Positions 50,344 to 61,700 of a stretch of DNA of 64,000 bases are shown in pieces. Positions within the stretch are counted from its first letter, which is position 1. The number at the start of each line of letters is the position of its first letter. Below the pieces are notes generated by a model. The model was not told the DNA's origin. It saw nothing but the letters and a program-made list of their open reading frames with translations, and made no database searches. The stretch comes from Dimorphilus gyrociliatus. Its lineage: Eukaryota > Animalia > Annelida. The stretch lies in NCBI GenBank assembly GCA_904063045.1, contig CAJFCJ010000019.1, positions 1,503,700-1,567,699 of the forward strand, in the 5' to 3' direction. A program made the translations under genes and the position numbers.

Positions 50344-53300
50344 TCAGGCTGTTCCTCTTTTTAACTGTTCGCTGGCATCTCGAATCTGATTAACGCGTTT
50401 GGATAAAACTTGCTCGCGAGTTTTCATTTCCGTTATGATTACATTCTGTGCGTCGACAGCCTCTTTTAAATTTTTTACAATATCCTCAAGATTCAATTTA
50501 GCTAACGCTAACTTTGAATCTTCTACATCTTTTGCTAATTTTTCAAGGGAGGATGAATCGAGATGCTTAACTGCAGATAGTCTTTTCATTATATCTTTCA
50601 AATCCTTATCAGTTTTTTCCGTTGACGTTGTTACATTTTCAACGCTTCCAGCTGCTTGTTGAGACAAGTTGATAAGATTCTCAGTTAGTTTTTGAGCGCT
50701 ATCAGTTCTCTCAACTGCTGGCATTATATGGCTTGCATTCAGCTTTGTTACGTTGTTTGCTTGCTCTATGGCACTTGGTACTAGTTCATCAGCTTGGTTT
50801 GATAGAATATCGGATATGTTTTTCGTTGATTCCAGTTCGTCCTTTTGCTTGTTAGCCAACGTTTTCGCTTCATTTGCTATTTGAAGGGCTGAAGCAGAAT
50901 TTGTATTCGCTGGTGTCAGTTGGGTTTGAATAGACTTTGATACTCTGGTTGCATCTTCTGCTTGAGATTGGACCTTTGTTACTGTGGCTAGTGCATCATC
51001 AGCCTCTTTTTTAATTGCGGTTGATTTTGTGCCAAAGTTTTTCATTATATCAAGCATATTTGTGGCGCTATCGAAACTCTCCTTTTCCAATTGCTGTGCG
51101 TCTTTAGCAGTCGTGTGTGACGTCGATGTCTTTGAAAGTATATTTTTGGCTGAATCTGCCCTTTTCTCAGCATCGTTTTTCAGTTTCGAGGCTTCTTTAT
51201 TCGCCTCTGCAACTCTAGCAACTATGGAGGCAGCTTTACCTTTTTCTGTATCAGATTGAGCTTTAACATCACCGGATCTTGTATTCAAAGCGGTTGCTCT
51301 ATCTTGTAAAGCTTTTACGTTTGTTCCTATATCCGCAATTTTCTCCGCTTCATTCTTAGCTTCCATTGCCCGTCTCTCTGTATCAGTCGCATCATTCTTC
51401 AGTTTCTTAGTATTTTCCAGATTTGCATTTGACTCGTGTATAGCTGTGTTAGATTTCTCTTCCAATTTAACCAATTCGCTTTTTAACTCTTCATGACGTT
51501 TTACAATATCTTTTGCCACTTTTAGAGCTTCGTCCGCGTCTTTTTTAGCTTTATTTGCATCATTTCTTATCTTTTGAACTATACTTGTTGTCGATGTTAA
51601 ATCACCGGTTGCCGATGAAGATAAATCTTGCAGCTGTTTTTCAGCAGCTGTCAGAGAATCGGCTAGATTCCTTAATGTATACAATTGATCCCATACTGAT
51701 TCATCTAGCATTCGGACAGTTAAATTCGTAAGCTGTAGAGTTTCATCCAAAGTTGTTTTTCCCTCCGTCAGACACTCTTCCGCTTTAATAACGGATTTGT
51801 TTGCAGTAGCGAGAATCTTCGGTATTTCTTCATCTATCTTTACCCTAAACAATTGCATCGTACTATTCAGGCGGCTAATATCGCTAGATACTCTGTTTTC
51901 AAGTGTTGTTGCGGTAGATAAGAAGGATATTAATTTTGCCATTGATTCAACAGTATTCGATAGTCTATAAGCAAATGGTCCAAGAACTGTATTATTATCA
52001 TTTGTTTGAAGTATTTCTACGTAGTCACTAAGGTTCTGATTTAGTTCCCTAACTTTAACAACCTCTACGTCAACTCTACCGTAACACGAATCGCATACTG
52101 AAAGGGATGAAGGAATTGATTACAAGCTTATCTCCTATTTGATAATTATAAGATAATGCACGTACCCTTGCAAGTATTTGCTAAGTCATAAAAATTATCT
52201 TTGCATTCGTCGCACTTGTCTCCAACAACGTTGATCCTGCACTGGCACTTTCCAGTTTTTTGATCACATTTGCAGGTATTTCCTGCGCAATCAGCTTGTA
52301 CAGTTCCATCTTTGTTACATTTGCAAGCTATAATGTATAAAGAAAAGCTATAGCGATTAACTCTTATTTTCAAATAAATTCTTTCAACTCACGGAGGCAT
52401 CCTTCCCGAAATGGTCCCCAGAATCCAGAAAGACATGTTTGGCAGGATGAGTCCTTCCCATCTACATTAGCACTACATGTATCGCATTTATCACCCTTTG
52501 TACCATTTTTACAATCAAGGCAAATTCCTGTAGTTTCATTACAAGAGGGTGGTGAAGTAGCAGGGAACTTACAGTCACAATTAACACAAGCATTATAAGG
52601 ACTATTAGAAGTGGCTTTTCCCCTCCAATTTCCTGTTTTAGCATGGGAATATGACAATTAATTTTACATTAGTTTGTAATTTATATGTTAATTAATGTAT
52701 GGAAAAGGGATTAACCTTTAGAACAGCTTGCACACGATTTTCCGCCAACCTTCTTAGTCGCTGTACATTGACATTCCTCTACGGATGTTGATACTTCGCC
52801 AGATGTTCCCTCAACCGCTGAATCCAATCGAATATTCCGGAAGCTAATCAGTTGTGATCCGATTCTAGTTTTAACGTAGAGAGATTTCAACATTGCTAAA
52901 ACTCCTGAGAATGAGAAAGAATCGATTACAGTAGTGTCATTCAAGTACCATTGGGAATGATGTAAAACAACAGAAATCTGTTTGAATGTAGGAGTTATAG
53001 TTTGAGCTTCTAATTTGTAAAAAGTTGTAACATCCTCCCCCTTTATGTCACCAGTCATATAGATCACAGCTCCTTCATATTTTATAGGATTAGAAGATTG
53101 CACTTCAAAGGCCAATTTATTTCCATAAGCCGGTAGAAAATCCCCCGTCCACGAGGCTCTTTTAAAATCTCTTCTGCCATTGATCTCCGCCCACGGCCAA
53201 TTATCTATTTCTGAACTTGACGCTGTTAGCGTTTGCTTTTGGAAACCGGAAGCACTTTTACAAGCTGTCCCGTGACCAAAACAGAAGCATTTTTGACATC

Positions 53301-56300
53301 CTTCAGGATTGTCTGCTCTTAGATTGAAAGAATCCGATTTGCATTTCATACATTTATCTCCTTCCGTATTTAATTTACACGTGCATTTTCCTGCATTATC
53401 ACAAATTTTTCCAGTTGAACCGCTTGTGCTACAGTTGCAAGCTCTGTTTAATTTTAAGAGTTATCTTAAAATTGCTGTTTTTTATTATTATCCTAGACAT
53501 ATCAATTCTTTTATTTGATTTACTTACGAGCAACCATCTGCCGAAAACTTAAAGAACCCTTCTTCGCATTTATCACACATTCTTGATGTTATTGTTGGTT
53601 TACAAGGACATTGACCACTATCGGCGCATTGTGATCCTGTACTTCCATCCTTATTACAATTGCACGATGAGCAACCTTTTCCAGTTGAAAAACCCCAATG
53701 AAGGGGTAGGCAGGCTTTGCAACGTCTTTCAGTTGTGTCAGACGATGTGGAATTTTCGCCAAATTTGGCAACATTTGTTCTACAGGGACACTGTCCAGTC
53801 GTATAATCGCAGACACCGGTTTTAGAACCGAACGAATCACATTCGCATGCTGTTTGAACAAGTGAAAAAATATTGTTTTGGGATTGGGAATAAAACAGGG
53901 ATGTTCCTCAATTTAAACGGCGGAACCGTTAATTTCGTCGAATGGTCCATACTGGGTTAACGGTAATCGTGATGATGCTGGAGAATCGACCAGAGCCTCT
54001 TCTAACAGTTGTACTCTTTTCTCAAGAACGGATTTATTTGGACCAGTTGGTGTTGGTAACTTTCTTCTGTTTACCTGTGCAGCCGTTGATTTCACTTTCG
54101 GTGTTACTTGAGTTGGTTTGCTCGTTAAGATTTTTGTTGGTAGAGTTCGGCGATCAGTTTGAATAGCTTGCACGTCTTGATCGACTCCAACTTGGATGGC
54201 TCGAGCGTCTTGTTCGACTATAGCTTGACTCGCTGTCGATGCTGTGTCCACTTCAATTTGAGATGCGGTTGTCTTGAGATCATCTACTCGAGGTGGTGTT
54301 GGCGTTAATTCAATAATCTCCGAAGCTTGGCTTGCTATTGACTTTGTCTCAATGGCGCTCGGTTCAACTTGAAGCTTCTTTGCTTCAACAGAAGGTGTTG
54401 CTTGCGATGAAGCGTCCCTTGTATATAGTTCTTTAGCTTGTGTCATGTCTATCGACATTCGGTCGCTAAGACTTAAGTAGTCTCTGAAATCAAAGGAGTT
54501 TGATTCTGAAGGTAGAGAAGAAGGCCTTTCGGTAGGTGGAGGGGGAGGCTCTTCTCTCTCTTCAGAGTTTTTAGGTCGTTGAATGGGAGCTGGCATTAGA
54601 TTCAGTTTTAAAGATGGTTCAGATACGAATGATATTGTGTCATTGCTTATAGCCTGCTCAGGAGAATTATCTTTATGAACTCGCTTGATCTCAGATTCGT
54701 TAAAGTTGAATGCTCCCAAATAAACGTCTTTACTATAGAGTGGACTTTTAGGATCCTTTAAACCCAAATCTGAGGCCATTAATTCTTGTCTTTCGTATGG
54801 TTGATTGCCCCTACATTGTTCTCTGCACTTTTTCCATAGCAGGATAATGAGAATGATGAGAACAATCGCTAATCCAATGATTATGGCTATAAGTACCCCT
54901 GTTTGTAAACCACCTCCAGACGACTCATCTTTTTCCCCAGGATATGAACCTACTGTGACGAAATTAACGTTCCGAATCTTTCCAGGGGGATCTAATACAT
55001 CATTTACAAAGAAATGAACTTATTTTACTACTTACGTTGGCATCCGCTCGATGTGAAATTAAAAAAGCCTGGACGACATACTTCGCACATTCTACCCATA
55101 ACTCCAGGCTTACAAGGACATTGGCCACCTTGGGGAGAACACTGATGGCCTCCGGTTGTTCCAGTTTCATTGCATGCACAGGGAAGGGCTCCATTAACCA
55201 TTTCCGCCATTATTCCTCTTTCCATCGTCTTACAATCTGGATCTTGCAAAGCCGCATCCCTGGTACTTAAGGCACTTATTCTCTTTGTACAATCTTTTAA
55301 TTTTTCTTTCGACGTTATATCTTATAGATAAAAGACAAACATAGACATACTTATCAATGACTGATACAACTAAACGGAAATTCCGTGCCTACTTACTTGC
55401 AATATAAACAGTACTATTTATCAATGAAGGCATATATAATATCGCATCTATTAAAATTTCTGAAGCGGCATCATCTTTAGATTGACCAACTTTTACTTGA
55501 GCTGAATACTGACATCTAGCGTCTATAGTGACAGTATCGCTGCTTAACCAGGATTGAGCTTGTCCACTTGTAAGGTTTGTCAAAGAAAAGGATTTTAGCA
55601 GACCAGCTGGCTGTGAACAAGCAGGTGTAATGGTTTCGTTTGTACGATTTTTATAATAATCTAATGATATTGCTGCATCGACGCTTAGGACGCTTAATTC
55701 AAGGGTAACTTCTGCCCAAGAATTTGTAACGTTTGTTGAATATCGAAGTCCTAGATTGTATTCCCAAAGAATCATCGTTTGACGTTCTATACCGTTTACA
55801 TTGTCAAATACAGCCGTTTGTCCAGTTTTGCAGACAGCAAATTGTCTTCCGGTATATTTAACTTCAGATGATTTAATTTTTGATGTAAGTACACAAGTAC
55901 TACTTTTCTCAATAGGCTGAGAGTACAACCCATCGATATAAGGCACGAATTGATTTTTACCAATTGTTGAACAGTTTCTTCCCGATAAACCTAGTCTACA
56001 GGTGCATACACCCGAAACTTTATTGCATACTAAAGAGGCTGATCCCCCCCTATCGCAGGCGCAATCTCTGCAATCATCCGTTGTCAACTGTGGATAGGAA
56101 TAGTAGCCTTCTTTACAGATTGAACAACTCCGACCACCAATATTTGCCTTACAAGGACATTGTCCATTCTCGTAATTGCATACATTACTAGAGCCAACAG
56201 TTCCAAGTGTTCTACAGGCGCATTCCTTACAAACACCTTTTGATTCTGGAAGTAGTAGACCATAGTACTGGTCCTTACATCTATCACAACGTCTTCCCGT

Positions 56301-57967
56301 GACTTGTACCTTACAAGGACACTGTCCAGGTAAGACGGAAAGATGACTACATTTGGTATCGTTATTGACGACTCCACTTAATTCACAATCGCAGTCCAAG
56401 CATACTCCAGGATCGTTTAGATTAGCGGATATATTACGATAGTAGCCAGCCGTACAACTCTCGCAATTATTACCTATAGTATTATGGGTACAATTATCGC
56501 AGACCCCTCTGTTTAGAGCCTTATCATAATGACAAGAAGAAGCGTGATCGTTGCATTCACATTCTGTTTTAGGATATAATAAAATAAACTAGTATTAAAT
56601 AGTAAATAAAGAATTAGATGTTTACTTTCACATTCGTTAGCAGTTCCATCGGGATATGGTAAGTAATTACCGGCTTTCCAGGGTCGATTGTTGTATAAAG
56701 GTAAGCATTTCTCGCAACTTATACCGTCAGTATTATGGGAGCATACGCACGCCATTTTCCCATTATCTTTCCTACAATATTTCGCATGTAGATTACATTG
56801 GCAACCGGCAATTAATTGAACGTCATTTATCCCGTAGAAGTATCTTAGTAAATCTTTCTTGTCTTGCCTAAATTCATAGCCATCGGTATTTGGTGCTTCT
56901 AATCTTAACCTTAGATCGGTGAACGTTAAGAAGCTATTCAATTTAGTTTTATCGAAAGTTTCGTATAGTTTCTCGTAATTTGTTAAAGATGTACCTAGAA
57001 ACGGTTGGAAGCGGTCGGCGACTACTTCGAAATAAAGTCTACCATTCGAAAATGGTAATCTATGAGAATATTTCTGAGTACAGACAACCGTATCCGGTTT
57101 ATCATTAGGTATTTGGGTAACGGAGTCTTTAGGACATTTTTGGTTATAGATTTGTAAAGGTTCCCACGTTTTTCCAAAGTCATCAGATTTTTCAAGTACC
57201 GCTATCCTAGGTCTAGACGTAGTAAATTGAAAATAAAAATCTGTTTGCAATTCGTAAGCATGATCCATAGAAATTGTAATATTAGTTGCCAAAGGAGTTG
57301 GATAGTCTATCCAAGTTTTAGACTGCCACCATGTCTTTTCATTTCCAGATCCAATATTTGGTATCGTATCGTACAAATACTCCAAGGGATGTTTTTTATC
57401 ATTTTTCGAAGCGTCACATTTATCGCAAAAAGTAGACGCCTAATAAAAAACAATAAATATTTGCGTAAGTTTTATTTTTTTTTTAAAAAAACAAAAAAAA
57501 GGAAAGAAAAAAAAAATTCATCATCGATTTCGGTTATTATTCAAGCTTTATTCTATTTATCGATTTCGGTTTAGACAGCAATTTTTTCTTTTTGCAGCTG
57601 TTCCAATCAACCAATAGACACGCGTGCGTTTTTATATATGTATATACCAATATATAGATATATATACTTTTACGTAAATAGAGAAAATGTAATAAAAAAA
57701 AAAAAAGAAAAGAAGAAATAAATATAAAAGTGTTAATTTAACTCATACAATAAGGCAATTAATGAGAATCTTACCTGATTAATACAATAATCCGCTGGTG
57801 GTGTACCACAAGTAATATCTGGATCGATTGTTACATTAAAGTTAGCATTTGCTTCCCGTAGTAGATGTGATGGTTCGCTTATACAAGCAAAATATTTAAT
57901 CTTCGAATTTACGACAGTTTGGCAAGGATTACTCTGTTATGATAAACAATTACTAATTAATTAGTGA

Positions 57968-58003
<36 letters not shown>

Positions 58004-58191
58004 TATTTCTATACATAGAATTCATTATATTTTTTAAATTATGACTCTTTTGCAAAGTACTTGGTTTTTTTTATACGATTATCAATTAAAAAAGTCAATT
58101 TTTTACTTACGAGTATAGTTCTGGGAGCTGTTTCGCATTTTACAAAAGTGACGCCTAAACAGCATAGAATGAGATTTATCACAATAAACAT
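50344..58191 (-). CDS. Laminin beta/gamma-like chain: signal peptide, LN, LE repeats, beta-type LF-like domain, LE, gamma-type L4-like domain, LE, ~530-aa coiled coil
   Basis: Signal MFIVINLILCCLGVTFVKC; LN motifs KTWWQS and SRPRIAVLEKSDDFGKTWEPLQIY; many LE repeats; LF-like insert ending AEMVNGALPCAC; L4-like insert after CQKCFCFGHG; terminal heptads. No LG domains. Confidence 0.88.
53913..54991 (-). CDS. Putative alternative terminal exon inside laminin intron 53850-55035: TM helix plus ~306-aa cytoplasmic tail
   Basis: Phase-1 donor at 55035 (TGCCAAC|GTAAGT) joins in frame to AG at 54992, or to tandem CAG/TAG about 40 nt further. Product: ...SGCQHPPGKIRNVNFVTVGSYPGEKDESSGGGLQTG-VLIAIIIGLAIVLIILIILLW-KKCREQCR...DEINGSAV*. 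Confidence 0.75.
57971..58000. repeat. (TA)n microsatellite in laminin intron 1
   Basis: Visible directly in the sequence. Confidence 0.95.
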
Positions 58192-58493
58192 CTTCCGTTC
58201 AATGTATCTTTCGTAAAAAAAGGAGTTTTAAAACTGTGACAAACTGCGGACTTTGTGTGCATCTGGCGTCGGATTGGGGAGCTCTGAAAAGAAAAAATAT
58301 AACGCACCTGCGCTCGTTTGCATTCTAAAATCGATTGAAAGTTTGCACGAACTAATGAATAATGCTCTAAATGATTGTAGGATCTTGAGAAAATTTGTTT
58401 TATGGATTGTGAGAAAATGTTTGCATAACTTTAGAGGTTATTGAACTCGGTATATAAAAAAAGCTAAACGATTTTTATACTGCCGAACTCAAT

Positions 58494-58548
58494 ATGCAAA
58501 TGAGATATAAAATACTATTTGCTATATTTTTTATCATCGCTATATAAG
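58494..58548 (+). promoter_or_regulatory. External Pol III promoter elements of tRNA-Sec: octamer ATGCAAAT and TATA box
   Basis: ATGCAAAT at 58494-58501 (about -79) and TATATAAG at 58541-58548 (about -32). tRNA-Sec genes are known to use upstream U6-like promoters. Confidence 0.6.
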
Positions 58549-58572
58549 CCATTTGTAAATTCTTTATTAATT

Positions 58573-58659
58573 GCTTGCATGAGCTTCGGTGGTCCGGAGT
58601 GCAGGCTTCAAACCTGTAGCCGACTGGCGTCGGAGTGGTTCGATTCCACCTTGCAAGCG
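58573..58659 (+). tRNA. tRNA-Sec (anticodon TCA)
   Basis: GCTTGCATGAGCTTCGGTGGTCCGGAGTGCAGGCTTCAAACCTGTAGCCGACTGGCGTCGGAGTGGTTCGATTCCACCTTGCAAGCG: 87 nt, colinear with vertebrate tRNA-Sec. 9/4 acceptor/T arms, long variable arm (GCCGAC-TGGC-GTCGG), compensatory acceptor changes, followed by TTTATTTTT. Confidence 0.98.
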
Positions 58660-58774
58660 TTTATTTTTGATTTTTGATTGACTAGTTAATGTTGGTAATT
58701 TTGATATAAATATATTTAACGAAAGAACTTAAATCAATTACAGTAGTAACAGCAGCATTAACAGTTAAACATTT

Positions 58775-61700
58775 TTACTTTTTTCTGGTTTTCGGAATTG
58801 CTTCAAATATTCCACTCCCAACTTCAATCAATTTTCCCGCTATGATTTTGGATGAAGGCGAAATCATTGAATCTTTTTCACCGTAAATAACGGCATTCCT
58901 TAAAGATTCCATTGTAGATTCAAAACTCATTCGCTGCAATGGTGACGGTGATGTTTCTAAAGCCATTCTATTGAATGGTTTATAACTTCCCTCAAAAGTC
59001 ATATAATCGGCTATTAAAGAGAGATGCCTGTAATTTACTGTAATACCATAAACTGCAAAAACACTTTGTATCTCAGTAATAATGACTTTGTTAGCCGCCT
59101 CTATTCCATAAATATTTGCAACAGCATGAATGTCGTTTGTTAACAAGTTATTTAAATCCAATATTCTATCGTAATTGTACATGTTACGTACATTAACACC
59201 TTCTGTTGTCAGTACTTGTGAGTCTTCGTTTCGTTTAGGTTGAGATAAAAGAGCTCTTTGAATCCCCTCCACTTTATGAATAACTGTTCGTTTTACTTCC
59301 TCCTCTAGTATGGATCGGACGTCAACCTTTCGTCTTCTTAATGGATGCTAGATAAAAAAAATCGAATTGAATTTTATAATTACATTTTGCAGTATATAAG
59401 ATTATTATTTACCTTATATACTACTTCGCACCATTTGAATTCGGAGCGTTCATATGTATAGCTAATAATTTCTTCACGCTTTATAGCCTTAGTATCGGCT
59501 GTTGAATATCCTTCATCATCATCGTCAAGTTTCTCTTTTATCTCTCCTTCATCTTCAGAGGAGGCGCTATCGCTTGCTTCGTTGTCGAATGCGTTGGCAT
59601 CTTCTAAACGCAATTTTTTAACTTTTTCATCATCGTCATCATCATCTCCTTCTTCATTGTTTCCCTGATTTTCTTCAGTTTCATCTACTTCTTTAGGTTC
59701 TTTGAATTTATCAGTTTTAAGTAGCTTATTGCTATCGAGCTGCTCAGCAGCTTTTTGTAAGGTATCAGCAAACCTATTAAGAAACTTTTCCATAAATTTT
59801 CTAATATGCTTTCTTTTAATATAGCAACTTTTTTCGTAAATTTCTTGAGGAAGGAAGCGGAAGCGTATAGTAATTAAACGGCAATTATTTTGATGATTTC
59901 CTGCTGTGATAATCTTTTCCGAAATTTTAATGTCACGCATTACTTGATTCAAGATCACTTTTGTTAGTTTCAATTTCAAGTTTTCCGCCTGATTCTTAGC
60001 ATAGTCAGTATTAAGTAATGGTACAGACATTGTTGGAGTTTTAATATTAGCACTAGCAACCATAAGGATTTCTCTCAATCTTGGAATACCAAGTGTTACG
60101 TTCATTTCACCACGACCGGCAAAGTGAAAGGTATTCAATGTCATCTGAGTTGAAGGTTCTCCAATAGACTGAGCAGACAAGAGTCCTACGGCATCACCTG
60201 GCTGAGCTAAAGCTCTCATCGCTTTCAAATACATAAGTTGATCAAAAACTCCCGCTAACTCTTCCTCCTTTTTAACGTAGTCTTTGACTTTGGCGTAAAA
60301 ATTTTCAGAGACACTTCCTAAATATCGATCTGGTTTATATCTGGTCAAAACTGGATCGGGTATTTTTCTAAATTTATATTCATGTCTAAAGCATAGAACG
60401 AACAAAGAGATAATTAGTCATTAAATATTATTAATAATCAAAATTTTGAAAAACTCATTCTTACTCAGAATAATCGATTTCATCTTTAACTTGGAACCAT
60501 GATTGATAAAATTTCTGTTTGGCACCAACAAAATCATCAATAGAATCAAAATTAGTAAGGGTTATATTTTTAGAATGTGTTTTAGAGTATTCTAAAAAGG
60601 GTGAAACTCTTTTTTCCGTATAGTTACGTTTTCGTTTCTTAATCTTTTCCACCTGTGTTAAAATACGTAAAACATGAATAATAGAACTTATTTATATAAT
60701 AATTATTAACCTTTTTCCATGATTTATTGGCTTTATTTATATCAATAGCTGATTCAATTTCTTTTAAGGTCTTTTTACTGACTATTGAAGACATATTATC
60801 TTTATAAAATTTAAACTGGCTATCATGTAAAAATTGAGCTTTTGTTATATCTAAAGCATCTTCTCCGTAGTAGAATTGAATAACGCTCTTGTCGTGATCG
60901 CGCACAGTCAAATCGTAGTTAATACAAATCCCTTCTAGATGTTTAATCAGACATCTTTGTAAATATCCACTTCTACTAGTTTTTACAGCAGTATCTATCA
61001 AGCCCTGTGTGAATAATAAGTATTAAGTTAATTTTTACTATTTTAACGATTTTTCTTCGTAATTACTTCTCTTCCAGCCATACAATGAAAGAAATATTCC
61101 TGTGGCTTAATTCCTGTTAAGAATCGACCTCCAACAAAACCGCCCGCGTAGGGGGAAAAATCATATTTTTTAAAGCTAGGAAGCGATCTGCCGCTAAGCA
61201 TAAGTGGAGGTCGACGGCCTTCCAATTCAATTTGACCAAGTAAACAAGAAATTTGCATGCAATTTACCTATAACAGAAATTTAAGACAGTTTAGACTGAT
61301 TGAGTAATAAATATATGATTTACTTTAGATCCCTTTGCTCCAGATTCAACCATCAATTGCAAATTATTTTCAGGAAATTTCTTATATAAGCCGTGTGGCA
61401 TTAGCATTCTGGTAAAGTAAGAGTAATACAATAAATTTTCAATGAAAACCCATCTCTTAAAATTAAAGTAATTTACTTAGTAACTGAGCTGTTTATGTTA
61501 TCAGTACACTGTTTCATGCACAAATCAAGATCTTTTAGTCCCCCACCATCACCATAATGCGCCTTTTCGTATTCTTCAGTAAGTTTATCAACGTCTTTGC
61601 TCTGACAATCTAAACCCCGAGCTGCTGCTGCTATATCAATCTTCGAAGCTCTGGATAGAATTTTCTTTCTTTTCATATCCGCCTAATATTTGTCAAACAG

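Noticed and set aside
21433-58659. SCLY and tRNA-Sec as a selenium gene cluster
   Set aside because: They are about 36 kb and more than a dozen unrelated genes apart; no other Sec machinery or selenoprotein is seen between them. Probably chance.
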